From IMG/VR virus record IMGVR_UViG_3300031669_000001, positions 186,001-250,000 of that record: a DNA stretch of 64,000 nt. The stretch is one strand, 5' to 3'. This document shows, one piece after another, positions 30,142 to 39,634 of this stretch (position 1 is the first letter of the stretch; every line of letters starts with the position of its first letter). Under the pieces are notes generated by a model. The model ran no database searches, had not been told where the DNA came from, and worked only from the letters and a program-made list of their open reading frames with translations. Position numbers and translations under genes: made by a program.

Positions 30142-30508
30142 GATGCTTCCTCCAAAAGAAACATTGTATCTCTTTTGGTTGAGGATGTAAATTTATTCGT
30201 CGTTGAAGATCTTGACGATGAAGCCTGTGCCGTTGCATGATCCACAAGGTGGACTACCATCATCATCGTAGTAACCAGTACCATTGCATGCGATGCAAAT
30301 TTCTTCCTTGCTGTCTTCTTCAAGCTTCTTACCAAGCTCGATAGCGTTCTTGAGTGTCTTGTTCATTTCAGGAAAGACAAGATAAAGACCAATATAGTTA
30401 GGAACGTCCAAAGGTTTCCGCGGAAACGGCCAAGTGGATTGCTAGATGCATACCATATTTGTGCCATTATAAAGAACATACACATCACGATTAGATAGTG
30501 AATTTCCA

Positions 30509-30853
30509 TTATTTGTCCAGTAGATTGAGATCGAAGATAGACCATGGGGTTTTGAACTGTGAAGCCAAACCCTTCTCCATGATCACTCCAGGAGATGTAG
30601 CCCAACCGATAGAAGGAATGATGATCATCCCACTACATTTCATGAGAAGAGCTTCACAGTAGTTCTTCCAGTACTCGAGAGTGTTTGGAATTCCTAGTCC
30701 AGCAGATGCAAGGAAATGCTTGTACATTGGAGATACAGTGAGGATTCCGCGATGCGTTAGGTAAGCATCAACCTCAAGGAAGATCCTCATACGTTCCTCG
30801 ATCACTCTAGGATCATCGCTGCTGTATGGAGATGCAAGGTATATAAGACTCAT
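30509..30853 (-). CDS. DUF1937-like (deoxyribosyltransferase fold) protein
   Basis: IYLASPYS, SP..H, W..S.GV..E. Confidence 0.7.
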   Translation of the reverse strand: MSLIYLASPYSSDDPRVIEERMRIFLEVDAYLTHRGILTVSPMYKHFLASAGLGIPNTLEYWKNYCEALLMKCSGMIIIPSIGWATSPGVIMEKGLASQFKTPWSIFDLNLLDK

Positions 30854-31080
30854 ATATCCTCCAAGTAAGCGCTATCTTTAAGCACCATGATAGCAATCTT
30901 TTGAAGAGCTGTAGGTTCTCCTCCTTCAAGCATGAGCTCCAATGGAAGTCTTTCAAGCTCATTGATGGCGTCATCTATGAGATCAGTTTTGACGTAAGTT
31001 GCAGGCTTTAAGTGCAATCTCACTAGAGGCTTAGTCCCAAGAGGCACCAGGCGCTCTCGTAAAGTTTTGATGATGTCCAT
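30850..31080 (-). CDS. hypothetical protein
   Basis: Coupled ORF. Confidence 0.55.
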   Translation of the reverse strand: MDIIKTLRERLVPLGTKPLVRLHLKPATYVKTDLIDDAINELERLPLELMLEGGEPTALQKIAIMVLKDSAYLEDI

Positions 31081-31081
31081 G

Positions 31082-31300
31082 TTATCCTAACTTCCAGGTC
31101 CAAACGTCAAGACCTAAATCTTTGCAAAAGAGATCAATCTCCGCCATCTCCAAGCTGCCGCTGACAGTCCACCCACGTCGATGAATCATCTTTGCAGCTT
31201 GACGAAGCTTCTTGTTTTCCTCTGTTAATCGCAGAATCTCTGCAACGTCAGGAGCTCGTTCTCGCTGTAATTCTTCTTGCCTCAATTCTGTATAGTTCAT
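31082..31300 (-). CDS. hypothetical protein
   Basis: Coupled ORF. Confidence 0.55.
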   Translation of the reverse strand: MNYTELRQEELQRERAPDVAEILRLTEENKKLRQAAKMIHRRGWTVSGSLEMAEIDLFCKDLGLDVWTWKLG

Positions 31301-31686
31301 CCTAACCGGCTCCTGTTTAATCTACGTGCAAAACGGAGATTATCACCTGACCACTGTCCGAAGTTTGATTCTTTTCTTAACTTTTGAAACTTGACAGTAG
31401 CAGCTCCTTTTACTCGTGGATCGTTTATGTTGACACCAAGTTCTAGCGCAACTTCATTGCGTAGCTTCCTAAACGCTAGACGGAATGCATTGCGGCCATT
31501 GCCGAACTGTTTGCTGGCTTTGGCTAGCTTCACTCGATTCGATTTCTTTTTGCGAACTTCAACCTCAGACTCGCCTGACAATTGCATAAGCCTGCGGAGT
31601 TCCTTCGCTTCTTCCTTGTTAGGAATGTGGGCGCCTGTAACAGTGGCCGCGTGGTATTTTCTTCCTGATAAGTATCCGCAAGTCAT
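31297..31686 (-). CDS. hypothetical basic protein
   Basis: Coupled ORF. Confidence 0.6.
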   Translation of the reverse strand: MTCGYLSGRKYHAATVTGAHIPNKEEAKELRRLMQLSGESEVEVRKKKSNRVKLAKASKQFGNGRNAFRLAFRKLRNEVALELGVNINDPRVKGAATVKFQKLRKESNFGQWSGDNLRFARRLNRSRLG

Positions 31687-31867
31687 ATTTTCTCCAATTT
31701 ACAACGTCCAGCTAAAGGCAACCAGCGATATCCTTGAACTCTCATCCAGAGATATTCTGTACTGCGCGTTTGAATGCACCCGCAGTTAGAACATTTTCGC
31801 ATTGGCTCTGAGATGAAGCGTTCAGCTATTGACTGTTCAGGTGGATGATATTCTGACCATTCATGTT

Positions 31868-33346
31868 TCATTTGTCTGCAGGAACCAAGATCAGTTGAGT
31901 CTTGGCGCGCGTAGCTGCTACGTAGCAGAGGTTGGTTTCTTGATCCAGCTCCCAGTCTTTACGAGCCCATTTAGAAGGACCAGTTTGCAACCAGTAAACA
32001 TTTGTCCATTCACGTCCTTTGGACTTGTGAATCGAAGACAGAAGAACACTTTCGTCACCAACGTTGTCAGTGAAGATCTTGTCGATCTCGGTGCAGAGGG
32101 CTTCAACTGGATCAGTGTACTTCACTTTGGAAGCTTGTACACGAGTGATCAGCAGCTTCAAGCAGTTTACGCGGTCTTCAACAGCAACAGATTTGCTTTC
32201 TTGTTCCTTGGCGCGGTACTTTGCAGACTCACGTTCAAGGTGAGTGTCCAGGTGATTCAACAGAGCGTCGAAGCTCTTTGATTTCCAGCGGCGTGCGAGA
32301 GTCTTCAGACCTGTACCGATTTCGCGACCTTCAACCTTGGCAGGTATTCCAGCAGCGATGAATTGGTAGGCCATCTTCACGATTGGAGCGTTGAAGCGGC
32401 AGAGAATTGCATCACCAGGTTTTGCAACCGTTGTGATTTCAACTTCAGGTGCCAGATTCACTACTGCACCTTCAGGAGCAGACTCATGAGCTGTGATGTG
32501 AGATACGTATTTGCGTGCATACTCAACGACAGCTTTCGGGCAACGGTAAGTCACCGTCAGAGGAAGACGTTTCGCACTTACTGCAGCTGCGATCAGATCG
32601 AGAGCATCTGCGTCAGCACCTGTGAAGCCGTAGATCGCTTGATGACGATCACCTACAGCAACCAGACGGCCACCGCGTTTCAGCATCATCAGAGACAGAG
32701 CTCTACGAGCTGCGTTTGTGTCCTGTGCTTCATCAATCAGAACCCAGTCATATTCGTAAGCTTTGACTTTGTGAACCAATGGAGCGTAGATCATGTCGTC
32801 GAAGTCGATGACCTTCATGTCTTGCTCGATGGAACGTTGAAGAGTTTTCTTCGCGAGAGAGATGACAAGAGCGTCATTTTCGACTGTGTCGATGTCGAAG
32901 TGCTCGATCAGATCAAGCCAAGCTTGATTGTCGTCAGCGGAAGAGATCGCACCGATTGCAGCTTGCTTGGCGTAGGACACCAACTGCAGGACTTGCGTTT
33001 CGAAAGGAGCGTATTGAGGATTGCGACCAGCTGCATCGCGGAAGATCGTACGGCATTTTGCATTGTCGACCTTCACTGAACCTGCTACACGACGCCACAT
33101 GCCGAAACCGGCTGCATGCATCGTGGAGATAAACAGTTTTGCTTTTTGAGGAGCGCGAGTTTTGATTTCCTCGGCGATCTTCTTATTGTAAGCACCAAAG
33201 AAGATAGAACCTGTCATCAACTCCAGAGCTTTAATCAGAGTGGTAGTTTTTCCCGCACCAGCTACAGCTTCCAAAACACAGGAACCTTCACCATCTGTAA
33301 TCCAGCCGAAGAATGTTGCTTGTTGAGGGGATGCGATAAACGGCAT
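31868..33346 (-). CDS. UvrD/Rep-like SF1 helicase
   Basis: AVAGAGKTT, DEAQD, GD..QAIYGF, YRCP, SIHKSKGREW, YVAATRA. Confidence 0.95.
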   Translation of the reverse strand: MPFIASPQQATFFGWITDGEGSCVLEAVAGAGKTTTLIKALELMTGSIFFGAYNKKIAEEIKTRAPQKAKLFISTMHAAGFGMWRRVAGSVKVDNAKCRTIFRDAAGRNPQYAPFETQVLQLVSYAKQAAIGAISSADDNQAWLDLIEHFDIDTVENDALVISLAKKTLQRSIEQDMKVIDFDDMIYAPLVHKVKAYEYDWVLIDEAQDTNAARRALSLMMLKRGGRLVAVGDRHQAIYGFTGADADALDLIAAAVSAKRLPLTVTYRCPKAVVEYARKYVSHITAHESAPEGAVVNLAPEVEITTVAKPGDAILCRFNAPIVKMAYQFIAAGIPAKVEGREIGTGLKTLARRWKSKSFDALLNHLDTHLERESAKYRAKEQESKSVAVEDRVNCLKLLITRVQASKVKYTDPVEALCTEIDKIFTDNVGDESVLLSSIHKSKGREWTNVYWLQTGPSKWARKDWELDQETNLCYVAATRAKTQLILVPADK

Positions 33347-33425
33347 TTTTGCGTTCCTTACAATTATACAGTAAGATAATTATATCACAGCCATCAAAAA
33401 AGTACACACTTTCGTGCAAAAACTA

Positions 33426-34190
33426 TCATAGAACCTTCACGTCAACGCCACGTTCAGTGAGATAAGAGATCACGTCGGCGTGACGTGGATTTTCACCAGC
33501 GTTAAATTCAAACTCTACATGCTTGATGCCAGCTGCGACTATCGCCTCGCTATAATCAAACATCTGAGGAACATCTATTCCTGTCGTGTAGACGTAGACC
33601 ACCTTTCCACCGTTCTCGATGAACTTCCTGAAGATCTTCGTCAGAGCTTCGACGTTATAATTTCGAAGGTTTAGCACGTACGAGAAGTTTTTGTCTTTCT
33701 GGGACAGATAATCAATCGTGTGTTTCTCGAGCTTTGGATCGTTCTCCAAGTTGATGTACTTAGTGTACGATCTGACGACTGATGTATCTTCTCGCGAGTA
33801 AACGTATTCACGTTCGCTCAGAATCGTGTGGTAAGATGGCATGAAGTAGCAATAACCACCATTCTCATTTACAAGAACGGTTTCTCCGTTCTCGATAAAG
33901 TCAAAAAACCTTTTGATCTTTCCACTGACCAGCGCCGGGATTTCAAATAGAGGGTTTGACTCGTTCACGTAGGCGGTAGCCATCGCACCGTGGAATACTC
34001 CACCTCCATCTCCCGTCATGCGAAGGTGATCCCACTTATCAACTGGAATGTCACTGGTGACCAGCTTGTGGACTACATTCGATACTTCTTCATCGAGCAT
34101 CGCGCCGTAATCCATGACATCTCGTATGGTTTTCAGGGCTATATAATCGTGCTCTTGACCGAATTTGTCTTTGATGTGAACTGTTTTCAT
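33426..34190 (-). CDS. hypothetical protein
   Basis: 254 aa ORF. Confidence 0.7.
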   Translation of the reverse strand: MKTVHIKDKFGQEHDYIALKTIRDVMDYGAMLDEEVSNVVHKLVTSDIPVDKWDHLRMTGDGGGVFHGAMATAYVNESNPLFEIPALVSGKIKRFFDFIENGETVLVNENGGYCYFMPSYHTILSEREYVYSREDTSVVRSYTKYINLENDPKLEKHTIDYLSQKDKNFSYVLNLRNYNVEALTKIFRKFIENGGKVVYVYTTGIDVPQMFDYSEAIVAAGIKHVEFEFNAGENPRHADVISYLTERGVDVKVL

Positions 34191-34212
34191 GTTATCCTTT
34201 GTACTGTCATGC

Positions 34213-34464
34213 TTAAGATTTGATGGAGTAGGTCATAACTGGGAACGACCAGCCTCGTGAAGGACTTTCATTCCAACCTACAGCTTTGCCATTTGTTAAA
34301 AGCACCCAAGCGTAAACATTCTTATGCTTTCCTGGCCACTGTTGACCATATTTTGTCGAATCAAATTCTTGAACCACTTCAACATCTTTCAATTTGTACG
34401 CGGGAGTGTCATTGTACTCGCCTGTTGTGATGCCGTGGAATACGTCTTTCAAAGTAGTACTCAT
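34213..34464 (-). CDS. hypothetical protein
   Basis: SD GGAGG. Confidence 0.65.
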   Translation of the reverse strand: MSTTLKDVFHGITTGEYNDTPAYKLKDVEVVQEFDSTKYGQQWPGKHKNVYAWVLLTNGKAVGWNESPSRGWSFPVMTYSIKS

Positions 34465-34678
34465 GCTGCCTCCAAGAAGTAAATTTTAGGAATGTTAGTC
34501 CTTGATTTGATGGAGTAATTATATCACAGGTGTGAAGAAAGTAAACAATTTTGTGAGATTTTAATCAAGTTTTGTGCGATTCGAGCGAATCCTTGACGAT
34601 TTTGAAGCGATGGTGTAACGAGGTTGGAACTAAACTGTTCTCGCAGAGTACCATTTAATGGTATCCAGCGAGAACAGT

Positions 34679-35077
34679 TTACTTGAAGTTTGCAGCGTAT
34701 GTAAGAATTACTATCACTTGAGATAGCAGAGCATCAGCATCTATCTTCTTACCAGGTTTGATCAGCGATGATGCTATAGGACCTGCAAAGAATCCTTCAT
34801 CTGTAACCTTGAGAGCTCCGCTATGTGAACTCATGAAGTCCTTCAGATCTCTGGTGAGGCTGTCAAACTCGCTACGATCTTCCTTGCAGTCTGCTAGAAA
34901 GTGGTTGATCTTAACGGTGACGGTAACTTCAGATTTTCCTGTTGAACTAACTGACAATTCGTAGGTTTTATTCTTAAACGCTGTTGTGAATTCTTTCTTG
35001 AACTTATTGGCTGCATTAGTTGCATCCTTTAAGATAGAGTCTTCAGCTTCTAGGAATAAATTGAGATTTGTTTTCAT
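34679..35077 (-). CDS. hypothetical protein (MKTNLNLFLE N-terminus)
   Basis: Start reset because the longer ORF overlaps a tRNA; CATAAATA upstream. Confidence 0.65.
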   Translation of the reverse strand: MKTNLNLFLEAEDSILKDATNAANKFKKEFTTAFKNKTYELSVSSTGKSEVTVTVKINHFLADCKEDRSEFDSLTRDLKDFMSSHSGALKVTDEGFFAGPIASSLIKPGKKIDADALLSQVIVILTYAANFK

Positions 35078-35091
35078 GTCTTTATTTATGC

Positions 35092-35164
35092 GGGAACCCT
35101 CGAGCAGAGTCGAACTGCAACTACCAAGCTTAGGAGGCCTAGCGCTGATTCCGTCAGCGAGGGT
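35092..35164 (-). tRNA. tRNA-Arg(CCT), non-canonical short D arm, no encoded CCA
   Basis: ACCCTCG/CGAGGGT, loop CTCCTAA. Confidence 0.7.
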
Positions 35165-35256
35165 TAAGATGTGGTCTATGCTGATCCTAGACAAGAGAAG
35201 TTGCTCGCGGGACACCTCATCGGTTGATCGTCTCATCTCTTACAGTCATTCACACC

Positions 35257-35329
35257 GGGAACCCTCGAGAGGAGTTGAACCTCACCTACCAAGCTTCGGA
35301 GGCCTGACGCTAGTTCCGCTAGCGAGGGT
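35257..35329 (-). tRNA. tRNA-Arg(CCG), paralogue of the previous tRNA
   Basis: ACCCTCG/CGAGGGT, loop CTCCGAA. Confidence 0.7.
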
Positions 35330-35513
35330 GTAAAACGGCAAAGGACCCGCGGGTCCTTTGCTTTGGCAGTGTAATAGGAGTTAAGTCCTGCCTCTGATTG
35401 CTCCAGCCGGGGATGACTAGAGGTCTCCAGGGTTTTTGGAAAACCCAATCACTTTATTTTAGACTTCTTAACTTGAATGATCATTATAACACAGGTTTCC
35501 AGATAGTACACAT

Positions 35514-36128
35514 TTATTCGCCGTCTTCCGGGAGACCTTGGCTAAACAGTCTATCGTAGTACTCTTTCGTCTTGATCTTAACCATAAAGTCATCACCTTT
35601 AGCGATGACACCTTCGAAGACTGGGTACTTGCCTTCGCGAACGTCATTGATGAATGACTTATTGAGGTTGCCCTCGTATATCACTTCAGCAGTTTCCGGC
35701 ATTGAGCCGTAGATGTCAACGAATTGTTTAGGAGGAACGAATCCCTTCTTAAACAGAAAAACGTCAAACAGCTTCAACTCCTTCGCTTCACCCTCGACGT
35801 GCTTTCCGGCAAAGCTTGACGGACCAAAAAGCTCGGTAAACGCTGTGATGCGCTCGGGCTTCTTGACTATCTGAGTCGTGCGGTAAACTATTTCATCTGC
35901 TAACTTTTCCATGAATATCGGAATTGCTTCGCAGAAGATTGGAGCGGAAGCGTCAAACATTTGGCGCCTGGTGCCGAATTTGTTCCAACCTTTCTTAGGA
36001 GACCACTCCCAGCGAAGGTTAGAACCGTCATACTTGTAGAAAGCGATGCATGATTTACCTAATGGAGCTTTTGAAGCACCTAAAATAGTTGGATATTGTA
36101 ACATTTTGATGCCTTTCATGTGGGTCAT
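35514..36128 (-). CDS. ATP-dependent RNA ligase-like nucleotidyltransferase
   Basis: KYDGSN (motif I), ELFG, LFDV, EGVIAK, KIK. Confidence 0.8.
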   Translation of the reverse strand: MTHMKGIKMLQYPTILGASKAPLGKSCIAFYKYDGSNLRWEWSPKKGWNKFGTRRQMFDASAPIFCEAIPIFMEKLADEIVYRTTQIVKKPERITAFTELFGPSSFAGKHVEGEAKELKLFDVFLFKKGFVPPKQFVDIYGSMPETAEVIYEGNLNKSFINDVREGKYPVFEGVIAKGDDFMVKIKTKEYYDRLFSQGLPEDGE

Positions 36129-36135
36129 GAAAGCA

Positions 36136-36369
36136 TTACAATGGATTCTTTATGACGAAATCGAGGAAATCGCCTCTTTCAAGAGATGCCATGAAATCGA
36201 GATAAGCCTGAGACTACTTAACATCGTTCAAACTGTCTTCAGTCTCGAACAAGTGCAGCGCTGAAATCTCTAGGACTCTTTTCTTCACGTCAGCCATCGC
36301 TTTTGCTTCCAGAGAGTGATTAACTTCTGTGCTTGCGACTTGCTTTAATTGCGAGTTAATGACTTCCAT
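36136..36369 (-). CDS. small protein of 51 aa; in-frame TAG (36214-36216) then a 25-aa open extension
   Basis: SD AGGAG; MEVINSQ...NDVK*SQAYLDFMASLERGDFLDFVIKNPL. Confidence 0.55.
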
Positions 36370-36393
36370 GATGGTGATCTCCTATGTTATGTT

Positions 36394-36468
36394 TGGTGCA
36401 ATATGTTGGAATCGAACCAACCTTCCTGCAGTGTAGGTGCAGACGACAGCCACTCTCTTCAATATTGC
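36394..36468 (-). tRNA. tRNA-Val(TAC), C33
   Basis: CTGCA-CCTACAC-TGCAG, CCA. Confidence 0.75.
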
Positions 36469-36471
36469 GTG

Positions 36472-37196
36472 TGGTGCCCTCGGACGAGAATCGAACTGTC
36501 GACCTAATTGCCTTATCATTCGGCTAACGGTGCAATATATTCTTTATTGATTTGATTCAATGAGACTATTTTCAAATCAACACTGTTCTGTAATATAACT
36601 AATTCTATTTTCCTCGCATCAATCTTGGCAAGATAATCATTTTTCGTATCAAAATATTTGTCTCCAACTTTAAAATCAGGATAATATTTATGATCTATTC
36701 CATTATCGTCTATCCAAGGTAGCGGTGCAGGTCGTTCCCATATAATATTCAATTCTTCTAGAATCTGAGCAAATTTAATTTCATAAGAACTCTGAAGATA
36801 CACCTCAGTCCCGTCATTTTTCCTAAAATATAATTTCAGTTTAGATGTATGTCCACCTAAACCATTAGCTTTAGCTTTCTTAGATAAGTTGGCTTTAGAT
36901 TCATTTGTATGTATAGTACGCGTATGACCTTTTAACTTCTTACTACTTGCAAGACCATATTTAGTAACACGAGGGTCAGATTTATCTAATCCTTTATTCC
37001 ATGCTGACTTACCAGTCATACCATTTGTATACTTACGATCTGGGTTATCTTTGCATAGTCTTTCATGATTCCGTTGTGAATTAGTATTTTTACTCTCTTT
37101 ATTACAAAATTTACAAAATAGCATAAGTTTTCTCCTTAATACTATTTATAAATTATTTCTCAAAGTGAATTGCTCTACCGACTGAGCTACAAGGGC
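36472..37196 (-). pseudogene. tRNA (probably Thr) split by an endonuclease gene
   Basis: 5' half GCCCTTG-TA-GCTC..GAGC at about 37165-37196; 3' half T arm-CGAGGGC-A-CCA at 36472-36510. Confidence 0.75.
36516..37124 (-). CDS. putative homing endonuclease (zinc finger + PD-(D/E)xK domain)
   Basis: CxxC..H...C, AWNKG repeat, S.YE, YYPDF, DTK; TATAAATA upstream. Confidence 0.75.
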   Translation of the reverse strand: MLFCKFCNKESKNTNSQRNHERLCKDNPDRKYTNGMTGKSAWNKGLDKSDPRVTKYGLASSKKLKGHTRTIHTNESKANLSKKAKANGLGGHTSKLKLYFRKNDGTEVYLQSSYEIKFAQILEELNIIWERPAPLPWIDDNGIDHKYYPDFKVGDKYFDTKNDYLAKIDARKIELVILQNSVDLKIVSLNQINKEYIAPLAE

Positions 37197-37201
37197 GTTG
37201 A

Positions 37202-37276
37202 TGGTGCTCTGTGCTGGATTCGAACCAACTTCCACTTACTTACAAGGCAAGGCTTCACCGTCAAAGTTTACAGAGC
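37202..37276 (-). tRNA. tRNA-Thr(TGT)
   Basis: Cloverleaf, loop CTTGTAA, CCA. Confidence 0.85.
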
Positions 37277-37280
37277 ATCC

Positions 37281-37356
37281 AGGGGTGTCCAGACGGTTTC
37301 GAACCGTCACTACTCACTTCACAGGCGAGGGTGCAGACCACTACACTATGGACACC
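37281..37356 (-). tRNA. tRNA-His(GTG) with encoded G-1
   Basis: Loop CTGTGAA, C73. Confidence 0.85.
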
Positions 37357-37364
37357 ATTGATCT

Positions 37365-37472
37365 TACCCAAAGTAGGATTTGAACCTACATCTCCCCTTT
37401 TCTGTCTTCACGTGGTTTCCCATGCTCGCAAAGCTCTTACATAGAGTGCTCTACCATTGAAGCTATTCAGGT
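37365..37472 (-). ncRNA. tRNA-like RNA with an about 40-nt expanded anticodon region
   Basis: Acceptor ACCTGAA/TTTGGGT, canonical D arm and T arm, no CCA. Confidence 0.6.
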
Positions 37473-37545
37473 GGTGCTCCCACGAGGAATCGAACCTCGG
37501 ACTCTTGATTACGAAACAAGCATAAGACCACTTTACTATAGGAGC
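37472..37545 (-). tRNA. tRNA-Thr(CGT)
   Basis: Loop TTCGTAA, CCA. Confidence 0.85.
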
Positions 37546-37668
37546 AAATAACGAGACTTCCCAGCCCCGGCCTTGAAGGAGTCTGTTGATCAGAACTTAC
37601 TAAGCTCTAGTCTGGATGGACATTACGGAGCTGTTGGGTTTCAACGGGGAATTCTAGGCGTATCCCAT

Positions 37669-37742
37669 AGGAGCAGGTAACGGGAATCGAACCCGTGACT
37701 AAACATTGGCAATGTTTGATGATACCACTTCACTACACCCGG
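37669..37742 (-). tRNA. tRNA-Gly(GCC)
   Basis: Loop TTGCCAA, U73; 5' end overlaps the neighbouring tRNA. Confidence 0.75.
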
Positions 37743-37814
37743 TGCCCAAGGGGAGAATCGAACTCCCGTTCCATACTTACCAAGTATGAGTAATGACCAT
37801 TATACTACAAGGGC
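37740..37814 (-). tRNA. tRNA-Thr(GGT)
   Basis: Loop TTGGTAA. Confidence 0.85.
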
Positions 37815-37821
37815 TTGCATT

Positions 37822-37901
37822 TGGTGGGTCCCGCCAGATTCGAACTGAGCTCTCTCCCGATTATGAGTCGGACGCTTATACCAGATTTAAGCTTGAGACC
37901 C
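37822..37901 (-). tRNA. tRNA(CAT), Ile2 or Met
   Basis: Loop CTCATAA, CCA. Confidence 0.8.
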
Positions 37902-37974
37902 GGTAACTCCTAACAGAATCGAACTGTTGTGTCTGTCGAGTCAGGACAGTGCTCTACCATTGAGCTAAGGAGTT
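37901..37974 (-). tRNA. tRNA-Val(GAC)
   Basis: Loop CTGACTC. Confidence 0.8.
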
Positions 37975-38178
37975 GAAAAGAGCTACGTTGCAATACAGCG
38001 GTCGGGGAGACCTTGCAATGAAGTAGCTTAAAATTCAATCTTTGATGCGCGGAATGACTTGTGATTCTTTACGAACAGCTTGAACTTACGAGCCTTTCCA
38101 GCGTAAGCTCTCAGTACAACACAACCATGATAAGTGCGAACGGAACCGTATGCTTTCATTTTGGCCTCTTAAAATTAT

Positions 38179-38254
38179 TGGAGTCGCGTGTGGGAATCGA
38201 ACCCGACGTCTACGGTTTTGCAGACCGTTGCATGAACCACTCTACGAACGCGAC
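38179..38254 (-). tRNA. tRNA-Cys(GCA)
   Basis: Loop CTGCAAA, U73, CCA. Confidence 0.85.
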
Positions 38255-38277
38255 TTGGTTGGTGCCCAGTTAGAGCA

Positions 38278-38772
38278 CTATTTCTTTCTTGATACCTTCT
38301 TAACTCCACCGTCTGTGAAGATCAACTTGTGACCTTTTGCAAGGTTACAAGGTTGACACATAGTCTGCATATTGTCAACAGAGTTTGCTCCACCGTGATA
38401 CTTAGGCAGACGATGATCTGCATTCATCAAGATTTCCTTGCCATCTTCGTTGATGGCGTAGAGATTCATGATGACAGGTTTTCCAGGCTCAGCATCGTTA
38501 ATTTCAACAGCGAAGAATGAGCCTTCAATTCCACAACAACGACACTTTGTACCGTGAATCAAGAAAGTTCTCAGCTTGACGTTGTGAACGTTGATCAAGG
38601 TGTTGAACGCTTCCATCTCAACAGAAGGTGAGCTGCTATGAGGGAGTGAATCAATTTCTTTCATCGCGTCCAAGACACCGTCAACAGACAGGATTCCTAA
38701 CCGACGAAAGTTACGATGCTTCGCGACTAAAAAGTCGTCCATGAAAGAAGAGATTTTTGATATGTTCAACAT
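38278..38772 (-). CDS. HNH endonuclease family protein
   Basis: CxCC, DH..P...GG.N...N.Q..C..CN..K; start uncertain. Confidence 0.8.
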   Translation of the reverse strand: MLNISKISSFMDDFLVAKHRNFRRLGILSVDGVLDAMKEIDSLPHSSSPSVEMEAFNTLINVHNVKLRTFLIHGTKCRCCGIEGSFFAVEINDAEPGKPVIMNLYAINEDGKEILMNADHRLPKYHGGANSVDNMQTMCQPCNLAKGHKLIFTDGGVKKVSRKK

Positions 38773-38881
38773 TTGAGTAATTATATCACTGTTCATGTTG
38801 AAAGTAAACACAATTTGGTAGTACTCCACGGTTACGATCCGTGCCGTTGCAGCCCATCTGACCACTCTCCAGAGGATATGT

Positions 38882-38981
38882 TGGTAGTCCCGCTCGGACT
38901 CGAACCGAGAATGTGCGCTAATCTGGCGCCACAGAGTGCCACTTTATAAGGGTGGTGTTTTACCAATTAAACTACAGGACC
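38882..38981 (-). tRNA. tRNA-Ile(TAT) with long variable arm
   Basis: GGTCCTG/CGGGACT, loop CTTATAA, CCA. Confidence 0.8.
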
Positions 38982-39634
38982 AGTAATTCTATAAATTCTT
39001 CATTGATTAAGTCATTTGAAAGAACAACCACTTTGATGTTGTTCATTTTCATTGCAGATTTAATCTTTCGTTCATCTTTCTTGATCAGATAATCATTTTT
39101 TGGATCAAGAAAGATGTTTTGTTTTGGTAAATAAAAGTCTGGTATATATCTTCGTTTCTTACCGTTATCGTTCCAAATATATCCTTGTCGAACTTTAATC
39201 CACTCAATATTAAGTGAGTCTAAAATTTCAGCAACTCTAACCTCGTATGAAGACTCCAAAATTACTCCAGGCTTATACTCGACGTTCTTAGAATACTTTG
39301 AATGTTTTGTTAACCGTTTGCAAGCAATGATTGAAAGTTTTTCCTTCGTTTCTTCACAATGTGGATGGGAAAATATATAACCCTCTTTTTCCATTTGCCT
39401 TTTTCTTTCATTTCCCCTTGCGCCTGCTATTCTTTGCTGTTCTGGATTATGAGATCTACTTTTATGACCAGCGCATCCTTGAGATGACGAAAATTCCTTA
39501 GAGCAAATTTCACATACCCATTTTGTTTTCTTCTCTACTTGTCCCTTACATACAGCAACATGCTTGTTAAAATTAGGAACACTAATTTGCCGAGAACATT
39601 TAGGGCAATCTTTTTTCTGTTTAGAACCGTGCAT
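38972..39634 (-). CDS. putative homing endonuclease (C2H2 zinc fingers + PD-(D/E)xK)
   Basis: CPKC..H...C, CEIC...H....H, SSYE, YIPDF, DPKNDY. Confidence 0.75.
   Translation of the reverse strand: MHGSKQKKDCPKCSRQISVPNFNKHVAVCKGQVEKKTKWVCEICSKEFSSSQGCAGHKSRSHNPEQQRIAGARGNERKRQMEKEGYIFSHPHCEETKEKLSIIACKRLTKHSKYSKNVEYKPGVILESSYEVRVAEILDSLNIEWIKVRQGYIWNDNGKKRRYIPDFYLPKQNIFLDPKNDYLIKKDERKIKSAMKMNNIKVVVLSNDLINEEFIELLVL

Noticed and set aside
36520-37165. Group I intron in tRNA
   Set aside because: The ORF with its promoter and SD fills the insert, and no recognisable catalytic core is present. The same applies at 38880-39640.
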